In this document: positions 1-12,400 of the stretch, one piece after another | How positions within the stretch are numbered: position 1 is the first letter of the stretch | Layout of the letters: each line of letters begins with the position of its first letter | Source: Thalia democratica | Taxonomy: Eukaryota | DNA length: 64,000 nt | Direction of reading: 5' to 3' | Assembly: GCA_965202585.1 (NCBI GenBank) | Contig: OZ241833.1 | Coordinates: 47,616,001 to 47,680,000 of the forward strand | Notes under the pieces: model-generated | Told to the model about the DNA's origin: nothing | The model's input: only the letters and a program-made list of their open reading frames with translations | Database searches by the model: none | Program-made: the position numbers and the translations under genes

Positions 1-317
1 GTATACTTAAACTTGTAAACTAGTTAATGGTTCTACGCACCTGAAAACACCAGTAGATGTTATAATATTTATAATAAATATTATTGAGAAGTAGTATAAC
101 TGATTTTAAGAATATTGATATTTCTTTTGTTATACATAGTGTATACTAACAAGAGCATTTTACAAAAATGATAAAACAGTAAGATCTGAACACGAACCTG
201 CAAACGCCAGTAGTATTTACTACTGTTTGTAATATGTATCCAAACGTACTAATTAGTAATACTATTTGATAACTTTAATTTAGTTTTTATAAAATTCTGT
301 ACATAAAAGCTTCAAAC

Positions 318-441
318 CTGCAAACACCAGTGGCGGGGTCGCACTGCTTGGCCTGGTAGTTTCCTGATGACGCGTCACACTTCCTCGCGAACATTATGTT
401 GGTTCTGGCATCCACAAACTCCTTCTGGCAGTTTGTCAGGT
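318..441 (-). CDS. Exon: Tg1 repeat 5, first part ([40 protein letters not shown])
   Basis: Tg1 C...G.Y...QC motif; the gene continues beyond the window's left edge. Confidence 0.93.
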
Positions 442-3400
442 CTGAAAAGGATGACGTAAAAGTTATACATTGTTGCCGTTATAAAAATATTCATAAACCC
501 TTACATTGGTGATGGTGTAAAATTTTTTTGTCATTTATAGATATCTACAAACCTTAACACTCATAAAAACAGTAAGTTATAGAACCCTAATTAAAACATT
601 CAAACCTTTTCTTAATTATACAACCAAAAACCTTTGTAATTACTATTTTAAAGAATTATAAAAAATAGTTTAGTATGTTGCCATTTAAATAAAAGCATAA
701 TTCTTTTATTTTAATTAAAAAATATTTTAATCAGTCGCAAACCTTCGCAATCGTACCCAACTTGGTTTCTTTGGTGGGAAGTTCCCGGAATTTCAAGTCC
801 CTCTGGAGTTACGCACCTACAAATGTAAAATTATTTAACACTTATACAATGAAACTTAATACTTATGTGCTGATGATTGTAGTGATAGGCTGCATAAAAC
901 TTGTTTTTATGAATGTTCATTTTAAATAAAATATTTAAAGGCCCATCCAAGCGGGCTTAGGAAAAGTTTATTTTGTTGAATAAATCTTATATATACAACT
1001 GGTTTCAAAAAGTACACTTCAAACAAAAAACAGTACAATTATTTCATGTAGCGTGTTGCTACAATTTACAGCTATTTAAGTTTGAAAACTGGCACAGTGA
1101 AAATTGATTTAGTTAACCAAATCTAATTCTATTTTAACAAACAAATATGTATAGTTTATAAGTTATATTGGATATTGACTCCTGAACACGAATGGGGCTT
1201 TATTTCTACAATATAAAATAATATAATTTATATAAACAAATAAATATTAACCTGCACACGAATGGGGTGCACTGCCTGGGTTGGTAGCTGCCACTAGCGG
1301 TGCAGTTGGGCAGCATGTCGAACAAAGCCTGCCTGGTTTGTGGGTCCTGGATCTGGCTGAGTTGGCGCTCCAGCTCGCGTCTCTGGTCCGCACACAGGGG
1401 CTCGGTACGCGCTGTTATAATTGGTTATTCATAAACCAACTAGTGAGTAGCTAGTTAGTTTCGTTCAAGTGTATGGTTTATTCCCGACTTCGTTTAATTT
1501 ACTATGACTCTGCTGTGTTTTTATCACACTAGATAAAAGTTTACCGGAAGTTTTTAAATATTTAGTTAATAGATGCGTTTTTTTTTTTGTTTGCATTCTG
1601 TTTAGTATAGTGATATGTTTTATATAAAATAATTGATTACTGTTCAGCGTTATTTTTTGCGTTTGTAGTTAACTAGTCGTAACATTGTTTTCTTAAATAT
1701 AAAATCATGTAATACATTTAATTTATAATATTTTTACTATATCTACTTTTTTGTAATTAACAACACAAAGCTATAAAAATAAATGCGGTAACACATATAG
1801 TTCATCGATAAACAACAAACCTGGTTTTGTAGTTTCCACTGCTTGGGTTGTTTCTTCAGGTTTTGGTGTGGCTTCCCAAGTGATGATAGCCTCAGTGGCA
1901 AACTCAGTTGTCAGGATTGGCTTAACAGTGTTGTACAGTTCTAAAAAAATATTATATTGACCAGTGTAGTTAGCAAAATTTTATAGTTTTAAAATATATT
2001 TAGTTAGATACATAAAAGTAGTATTAATAATTCAGTTACACAATGTTGTCTAATTCAGAAAAAAATTCCAACAAAACAGACATATAAATAACTTTTAAGT
2101 TAGATAAGAATTCAACTATAATTTTCTAAACTCAAACATAAAACCTTGAGCATGTTAGAACATCCTCAAAACTACTAAACTTATACTTGATGCAAAAAGT
2201 GAGAAAACAATAAACAAAAAAGTCAAACATACATTGAAGGTTAATGTATATTAGTTTAATGAAACAGTTATCTCAAGATTAACAAACTAACGTTCGCAAG
2301 TGAAAGATCTTGTTCTTCCCTGGGGAAGTTCAGTGTTAGGAATCATCATCCCTGTTTTGATATCCACGCACCAGCAAACATTTGTGAAGTAGTTGCACTG
2401 TTGGTACTCGTATAAACCTGTTGATTTGTTTTTATTAATTGTTAACTGTTTTCGTTCAAACTTGTTGTTAAGGTTGTTTTATTATAATTAATAATTATTT
2501 TCCTAATATTGTGTTGGTGTTGGCTTGCTTACAATTATAATGAATCGTTTAAACCTGCGGTTTTATTGGTTAAATAGTATTTGTTATTTTTTATTTTTTT
2601 CTATATTTACTCATTATTATTGTCGTACAAAATATGTTTTTTTTGTTTGTTTATTATTATCAGTTATAATCACACATACTTTTCTTTAGATTGTGTTATA
2701 ATTTTTTAAACTAAATATCGAACACACCATGTGTAAAATTGCATGGTGGGTTAATAGTACAAACAAGAACATACCTGTAGTTGCATTGCACGATGGCACG
2801 TTTGGTCCGTCCATTATACCTTCGTTCTTGTTTCTCAGGATGAGGTCTGAGGTTTCGGAGTACTCACGTTGACAGGCGGTAAGGTCTGGAAACATTTGGG
2901 ATTAAGTACTTTAATTTTTTATCTTTTTGGGTAAAAGTTGCTTTTTTACTTTTTAAACTTTTAAAGTGTGCTACTTTTTTTGCGTTAGAAGGTAGTTAGA
3001 TATGGAGAAAATTAAAGTAAGTAAAAAGTTTGGTATAAAAATATTCGATATTGTTAATATTCTGTAATCAAAAGAAAATCTCATTAGTAAAACGAAATGA
3101 GACAATTCATATGACTTGCGTTGAAAATTGATCGGTGAGGTCTGTAGTAGGAAATAGTCACTTGAAACCAAGCTAATAAATCAGAATGTCAAAAATACCT
3201 ATAACTTTGTATATTTCAAAAATATAAACCGAAACACTAAAGCCTTAATAGTTTAATTTAAACATAATAATTCACAGTGCTCTTGTTTACAAGCCTTCAA
3301 ATCTATGTCGAGTAATTTAAATAGTTAATTGATAAGTTTACTATCTCTCTAAAACTAAGTGTATTATTTTCTTCTACAAATAGATTGAAATATTTATTGG

Positions 3401-6400
3401 TTTGATTGTAGAATACAAACAAAAAGTAATGTAACACACACTGTTATTTGCATATGCAATATTGTTTTTAATGAAAACAGATTAGATTGACCTTCGCTTC
3501 AAAATAGAGCTTTATACGTTCCTATAAAATTTTAATAAGCTCTGTTTTATGTCAACAACCTTAATTCAATTATTTAAATATTTCCTGATGTTTGTAATTG
3601 ACAAGGTTGTCAAAAGCGAATTAATCTTAACGAACTTTTATCTCAAACGAACACTGTTGCTCATTTTTTCTTCAGTTAAAAAATTTTTGTGGTGCACCGG
3701 TTTAACACCATCCTGTTTATATTGAGATTGACTTGTTTTTAACAAAAAATTTAAGCGAAGACTTCTCTTGAAGCTACAAACTTTTCCAAAGACAGTGACT
3801 TTGGTTAGTTATAATTTAAAAGCATCTGAATAAATAGAATAGTTAAAATAAAAAACTTGTTAAATTTTATTACTAAAAGTTACGCTTCTTAAAAAAAACA
3901 TTAAAAACATCAAAAGTAATCTTGGGTCAGTGCATTAAATGCCGTTAGCGTAAAAAACGTTAATTACTTAATTTAAATTTATTGTCATTTCAACTGTTAA
4001 TAGTTTTGTTTAACGTAATATGACATGTACTTAACTAATCCAAAAGAGCTTATCTTATTAACGTTTTGTCCAAGTCTTGTCTTACGCTCTGCTTTATCAA
4101 AAAAATTAATTGAAGTATATACTTGACGCTGTTAAACAATTTTAACATCGGTCGTCTTTGTACACCATAAATTGGTAAAATTGTTCATACAAGATATACA
4201 TTCTAATAGGTGTAACTGTTTTGAGATGTAAAACATTTAACGTTACAACCGAGCTGCGGATAAAATTAATATACTAAAACAAAAACTTTTTTTGGGAAAA
4301 TGTAAATGTTTTTCTAACCACTACAATCGAGTTGTGGGTTGAAATACCCGGTGACGTTGTTTCCTGTGACGTCATACGGCGCAACTTTCCCGGGAATCCC
4401 CACGCCGCTTTCCGTGGCGACGCACCTGCACACGTCATCGGTCTCGTTGCACTGCTGCGACGCAAAGTGGCCGCTTGGGGGCGCGCAAGTGGGAAGGAGC
4501 GACATCATTTGTTCGGCGCGGTCCGGGACGGTGCGGATGAGGTTGGAGGCCTGGTCGCGGTACTGGCGTTGACATTCCGTGAGGTCTGGTTGGAAAAATA
4601 AAAATAAAAGTTAAATACACTATTTAGTATTTATGCATAGTGAACAAAACTAGTTCTACCTTATTTTACAACAAAGGAAAAGTATTTTGACAGTTCAATA
4701 ATATTACAACCTTCACAGGTATAAAAAGGGTGCTCAGTAACATGTTTAAATAGCTATTAAACAAATATTCAAAACAGTGCAACCTTAAACGTTTTTTCAT
4801 CAGACAAAAACATTAAAATAAACTAAAACAAATAGTAATGTAAAAGGCAAACCTTCGCAATCGTAGTTGTTCATGTAAGGAGGATGCTCCGTGAAGGGGA
4901 TCCTAATCCCCTCGGGAGTCATGCACGTGCAGTTGCTGTTGAAGCACTGCCTCGGCAGGAACATGCCCTCATTGTCGCACTTGGGTCCGTACTGCTCGAC
5001 CAGATTCGCCAGCAAGGTGGCGTCATTAATTGCCCCTCCTCGCATGTTGGCCATCATCGCGTTGGTGGCTAAAGTGCACGGTCCCGGTACTGTGGGGGAA
5101 AAAACATGTTTTTTAACATGACTTTTGTTGTTGTAAAGTGAGGGCATAGTGAAAGCTTGCAGTGGTTTTTGATTTGGAAGAGTGCTGTACTTAAGGAAAA
5201 TAGCTAAAAAATGGTCATTTTAAATAAACGTTAACACTTGCACACACTATTGCAAAAAAAAAATAGCTTATTATGAAAATACAGAAATTTGAACTGTTAA
5301 AGTCTCATATTTCAACTGTCAATATTAACTAGACCTTAAAATCCACTAATGCAAAATGTTTTAAATTTAAATTTTACCAGTATAGTTTACTTACCTTGCG
5401 TAGTTGCTTCTTCCGTAGGTTGAGTGGTCATTTCTTGAGTTGTATATTCGAATGTTGATTGTTGGGTAGTACCACCAAATAAGTCTGTTAAATTAGATTG
5501 TTTACATCTACAAATATCAAGTTGCTTCTTTTTAACTCTTGTAGCACAAAAAAATAGCATTTTGTGCACCTGAATTCGAAACTTTTGTACATGATTACAT
5601 TAACATACGTAACATGACATTTAAAAAAAAAAGAAAAAGCTTTATTTCTTGTATTGTTTATTCTATTATACTTTTATCATTATGATGAAATGTTTCAAAA
5701 CTCTCACTTCCAAAGTACATTTCTCCGAAGTCGCCACCGTAGTAATCCCCATCATAATCTTGGGCGCACTTCTCCATACTGAGTTTGATGTCGTCAATAG
5801 CAACAAACGATCCCGCGTCCAAACCGCTGCTCTCCCCATTTATGCGCACCTAGTGGTTGAAAAAGTTGTTGAGAAAACTGTTTCTTTAGTTCTAATCGTT
5901 TAAAAAAATTTGTTTTTTTTCAAACATAAAAAATCTTTCTGGTGTTTTGTAATAAACTGTAATCTGAGACATAGCAAATTTATTTCTAGCTAAACAATAC
6001 AAACATATTTCCAAATCAAAGCTGTTTTTACAAAAACAAACCTGAAACTGCCTTCCTGGTCCGACGTAGTCCTTCATGTTGATGTTCTGTTGAACCCACT
6101 GTTCAGGGTTTTCCCCGGGAAGCACCATTGAAACAGTGGTGGGGGGAGTCCCGTCGGTGAATACGACCTCGACGTTGATGTAGACGGATCTTCCGTTGGC
6201 GATTGCCGCAAACTGGAGGCACGCTTCGTCTGTAAGGAGAAATAGTTATGAAGATGGGAAAACAACTGGTTAGTGTTTATGAGATAGTGTTTTTCAATTT
6301 GATATAAAACACATGCTTACTCTTCTTCTTCGGTTAAGCGTAATAGTTGTTACTTTTCGAGATTAAAGTTGATTTATGGCAAAAAAAAATCTTTTATTTT

Positions 6401-9400
6401 GTCATTAATAGTTCAGGTTAACAAAGCTGTTATTAGTATTTTTAAAAACTAAAACATTATTTAAACATTGGTAATTAAATAGTTCTAAAATTATACATTA
6501 AAAGTTATAATTTAAAAATTACCTGAAAATGAAGTTTTTGGTGACGTCATAATTGAAACGGTGTCTTTGTCTGAAGGCATCATGACGTAAGCATACCTTC
6601 CAGCTGCAAAAAAAAACTTAATGAGTTACAACAAAAACTATAAGCAAGTCGTACATAACAAATAAGGAATTGTTCATAAAACTTTTTATAAACTCAACAT
6701 CACATGTTATATATTATATTTATGTCTGAACACGAATTAAATTTGATTGTAGTTCAGCTGTCGAAAAAAGAGATAAAACTTGTTTTTAATACTTGCTAGA
6801 ATACCAACAAAACTTTTAGTGACTAATTACTTTCTTTAAACAAGTGAAAGTTTATTTATCAAAGTGACTGCAAATAGTATGAACCAAGAAAGTATTTTTG
6901 TAAAAATTTAAAAGGCATTCAAGCGTTACTTGTAGTACAACTTATGAAAACTACTCACAATTATCTTTTAATGAACTAACACCAGTTTATTCGTAAATGT
7001 CAATGATAAACTGAACATACATTTATATAGTTCTTAATACAACTTACAATTGTCATTGGTTGAATTGTCACCGCTTGGGCCATTCATAATTTCGTCCCTG
7101 GTAAACTGCCAATCCACGTTACTACCCTGCACTGATTTGTGCTCCCAGCCTTTAAAAAATAAATAATTGTTAGTACTTGTAATCTAAAACTTTCAGTGTA
7201 CTAAATCGTGCTTTGTTGAGTGCAGGCTAAATTCAGTTTTTGAGGTGGTGAAGAATTTCAAGTTTTGTTAAAAGTAAGAGTTTGCTAATTTACGTGCATT
7301 TTTTAAAAGAGCGCATTTATTTTCGCTTAAATAAACAGCAAAGTATTTCAAACTTTTAAAAAAGCTACGAGGTCAAAACAAAAATGTAATATACTATTTT
7401 ATTGCAACTAAAAACATTTAATTTACAAACAATTACGAGTCATAACAGTGAAGCATTTAGTTTTGCTTAAATAAATATAAAAGTGTTTTATCTATGGAAA
7501 AAGCTATAAAGTCAAAATAGTAATTTTTTAAAATCCAAAACACTTATTTTACTAACAACATTAGTCATAACAGGGAAGTAGTAGTGATTGTTTACAAATA
7601 GTGGCGCTACATTGGTACTTACAACAAGCTTTAATACAAATACAAGTTTCTTACTGATAAAATAAACTTTAAGCTATTATTTCATAAATGACAAAACTGT
7701 TCTGTTGAGTTTTATTTTCATTAAATAAACAAACTGGCTTAATCAAAAAGACTATATACCTTATCATAAAAGTCAAAATTATATTAAATTTTAAGTTATT
7801 ACTTTTTTTCTCTTGTTTCAAAAATAATTTTAAAGTTTTTACTTCATAAATAAGAAAATATATACAAATATATTCTTAGCAGATTGTCTTCTTAAGTTAC
7901 TATTTTAATGTCAGTTAAGTATAATTTATCATACACTTCGTATGATGCTTAAATAAGATATGTTGATGATTTATCTAAATTTTAATTAAAGTGTATTTAA
8001 AACTCTGGTACTGCGTTGTTATTTTTTCATGTTACTGGGAACTACAGGGTTATTTCTCAACACAAAAATAAACGTTAAATCATCAGATTTTTACTGTGAT
8101 GTCATAAGCCTTGTGGTAGGGCAATGAATTGAACGTTTGTTAACAAAATCAATTTATATTTTACAGGTGAATGCTTAAACATTTTTACTTTTACATTAAA
8201 CTTAAGCGAACTCTGGCTTCTTTTACTTCAACAAACGTATCTTACCTAATGGTATCAGCTTATTTTAATCTAAGAGAATTATCAAAGGTGTATAGCTTAG
8301 AAAAAACTTTTATAGTTATTGTATCTAAAAGAAGTGACTGTTTTTATTTTTTTAGTTCAATTTACTTATCTTTTATGCACTTACTTGTAACTAATGGCGC
8401 TACTAGCTTTGCTTATTGTTTTTTTTTGGTATAACTTGTGATTATAATTAAAAAATAAAAAGTATATTAATAATTTATTTTCTTTTTTTTTTCATTTGGT
8501 TTATTTTACCTGCGCACATGGGTATAGCTTCGTCAAAAGTGCAGTCGAAAGAGTCCTGTCTGTTGTTGACATCGATCGCATACCAGGACACGTTGAATCT
8601 GTTCTGCTGTTTGTTGAACGCAGATTCAGAGTAGAACTTTATTCTGAAACGTTTAGAGTGTAAGTTATAAAGCTGTTTAATAAAGTATCAAATAAACTGC
8701 TGTTGTGCAAATATATTATTCATTTTACGACAAAATAAAAACACTCAAATTTTTTGGTTCTAGGAGTTGGTGCACGAAAAACCTTTCGTCTTCAAACGCC
8801 TTTTCTAGGACTACTAAAATCTTTAATATAAGATAAGAATCTAATAGTAGAATCTTTAAGATAAGATAAGAATCCAATAGTACAATTTTTAAAATTGTAT
8901 TGACTTGTAAAAAATCTAAAAGTTTTTAGGTTGTATCACGAAACATAAAAATTAAAACAAAGTATGAACTAACAAAAGCTTGTTGCTGAAAGTGTAATCG
9001 GGGTAGACGCTTTGAGCAGCACAAAGTTTTTCGCCGAAATCTTTTTCAATGCCTGTGTATGAAAACTGGAGGTATTGTTTCGTGCAATCCTGGAAAAGCT
9101 GTCCCTCCAAATTGATGTTGGCGTCGAACTGCGTATTATATTTGTTTTAGGTAAAGTTAAATAAACTATTTATTACCATTTTTTAAGCTAAATTGTTTTA
9201 AGTATTTAATAACACCGACTTTTGCTTGCAAAAGATAACAATTTTACTGCTAGATCAATTTGTTTATTTACAATAAGAAATACTCCTGGCATTTATGTTC
9301 AATATTTTACATTTCTAAGTTTAAATTTGCTTCGAGTTTTAATTAAAAAATTTATTGCTAAAACTAGAAAGCTTGTATATTTACAAGATATTACCAAAAC

Positions 9401-12400
9401 TAGTTTAAGTTATGTTTTTTTTCAAGACTAGTAAAAATGTCATAGTCAAAAGTTTATGAAGAGCTACTGTTTAATCTCACTGTTTTAGTTAATTAATCGC
9501 TATTGTTCTAAACAAACCTAAGTAATAAAAAATAATTTTAGCTTCAAAAGTGACCAGTTCCTTTAATCATAATTATTAAACGTTATTTAAAAAAAGATTA
9601 CTTTTAAACTGTTTAATTAGACTTAATTAAACTAAATTGGAAAGTTTAAAAGTTTCACTTAATAACTCTTTGACTGTGTAAATTTTAATTTGTCTACTTT
9701 TCAAAGAAAAACTTCAGAGAGAAAAGTCACCTAATTTAAAATTCGTGACCCAATATCTAATTTAATTTATTACCCTAATGGCTTTTATAACTTGATTTTT
9801 ATGCTAATATAGTTTTACAAGCGAGGTTTTTTTAGCTATGCGTAATTTTTTTCTATTTGTACATCAAAGTGCTAAAACAGTGATAACTATCATATTGACA
9901 GCAATACAAAATGTTTATTTCTTTTATTATTACATTAGATTTGCGCCTAACGACGAATTACTATACTTGTTTTGTTAGAATGTCTTTAGTAGCTATTATT
10001 ATGTCAATATATTAAATTTTTGTATGAAAATTTTTAAAGTTACTATCGAGATTAATTATCAAGATTAATTATCAAGATAAAGTATTTGCAATTTTTCTTA
10101 AGTAAAGTGTTTAAAAGCTTAAAATTATCAAAACTCTTGTTTTATAACTAAATACAATGTCTTTCTATAAACTGAAATCACTCTTGACTTAAAAAATCGC
10201 ATAGAGTCGTGTTTAAATATTATAGGATAAAATAGTAAATATTTTCCAATCCAAAAGTTATAAGCTTGTAAACAAAATGTTTACAAAAAAGCTGATATTG
10301 TTTCACTGATAAAAAGAGTTTGTTTATAAAAAACAACTTTTTATTTTTTTTTGATAAAAAAGGTTAGTTTTTTGTAATTACAACTTAAAAAAAAAAAGTT
10401 ACTTAAAGACATTTAATTATGTTCAAGTAGAAGTCAAATTTTATCAAAGACTATAACTTTATTTAATTTGAAGTTTATCACTTATTTGTCAGCTTATAAC
10501 GTAACAACCGAAAAAACACATTTAAATTCAAAAATTCGATGCGGTTCATCGTACGTCAAGTTTTTAATATTTTTTCATAATTTTGTTTTGGGCGGTAACA
10601 TTTTTTTTTATTCCGTTGCTTTTTAAACATTTTAGCATTTTTGCATGACAATTTTATTTACTAACATCATTATTACTAAAACGATTTGTGTAGGAAACAA
10701 AAAAAAATTTTTTTGTACAAATTAAAGTTTTTTTTTTAAATTTAAATTAGTTTTTTTTTAATTTTTTTTAGTTAGTTTAAAAATTATTAGGTTTTTGATC
10801 TTTTTGTTTAAGAATCTAACGTTTTTATTATAACTGTTGAAAACAGTTTTTCTCAGAAGCTATTAAGACAATTAAAAATAAAAAAAAGGTCAAATACGGT
10901 TGTCTTCTCACAATAAAAAAAATAAATGCATTAGAGATGTAATGTGGATACAGCAAATAATACTTCAATGTGTGTTTAAATGTATGTGTAGATCATTTGA
11001 AACTAATATTTTATCTTTAATCTTTTTTAACTGTGCAAACCTGACTCACATTACAGCGAAAACATATCTGAAAATTTAACATAAAAAACATATAATGATT
11101 AAAAAAAAGTAAGCTTTTTTTGACTATATAAATAATATTGGGAAGAAGCACAAAACAATCGACTTTCTGCTCAATTAACAAAAGGTTCGTTACCAGAATT
11201 TAACTGAATTGAAACTTTAAGTAAGATTACTAGTTGTCTAGATAAATTTTTGAAAAATTCTAAGTTTTTAGAATATAAATACTCCTAAATATTTAGAAAT
11301 TATTGAGACACAGGTTCATCCTTTGTACTTTTGGGCGGTAACCTAGATCGTTGCAAGCAATTTTTAAGCGTAAAAACGCATAAACACAGCAGGAAAATTC
11401 AAACATAGCGCGTTATGAAGGCATGGTATTTTCGCCTTAGGGAAATTCTTCAGTGCTGCGCCTATTTAGAAACGCACATAATGTCTCTGTTGAAATAGAA
11501 AAATTTTTGTGAGGAATTTTAAACATTCTATTGTGCAACATGTACAAACACCGCAGTGTTTCTATGGAAGTTTGAACTTAAAGTAGGGATTGTTTCAGAA
11601 AGTCGTGTAAATGTTTGTGTTTTCTATTTTCGTAACTTTATATTTATCACCAAAATGCCTTTGAGATTAGTAAATACTTTTTATCATACGTTATTTAGGT
11701 ATTTCAAAACATACATATACTTCCTAAAAAATGATTTAATTATATTGTATTGTCTAATAAAGGGCCGCGATAATTGTAAGTTACTTAATAGTCGTGTGAA
11801 TTTTTGGCTCTACGTATATTAATCTTTTTCCATGTTTATCGGTTGACAGCCACAATACAAAGTTTTGCGCTTATTACTTAGTTTCAATACTTGACTTATC
11901 TCATTAATCTTTATATTCATGTTTGTTCTAATTTAGCTTTTTTCAATTATGATATGGAGCCCTTTTTATTTAAGGTACAAAATCAACCAACTTGTGAAAA
12001 AATTTATGCAAAATAAGCTTACACTTGAAAATTTAACTTGCGAAAGCAAACAGCCTTTACAAAAACAGAGAAATGTGTAGCAATAAGCCACAAAAATATT
12101 TTAAAGTTCCGACTCCTACAATTATTGCGTAATAAAACCGTGTCAAAATTTTCCGCAAAGTATGAAGAAAATTAAACAATTTTGCGTTACAAAATACGTT
12201 TTAAGGTGTCTTGCATCTATGCGAAATTTTATCGAAGCATCTTGTTCTTATACGTGTTTAACCGCGAGTTTGTTACTAGGGGTGCATGCTTTACATACTC
12301 GATAACAACTTTTGTAGACAACTTTGTGTTTTCGTTGAAAACTATAATAAAATTTGTAAAAGTTGTGTGAAAACTGAAAATGTTTATACGAATTTCGTAA

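Noticed and set aside
4332-5121. Plus-strand ORFs 4332-4601, 4339-4572, 4884-5072 and 4891-5121, and alternative minus frames
   Set aside because: These are shadows of GC-rich Tg1 exons on the minus strand, with no independent motifs or splice logic.
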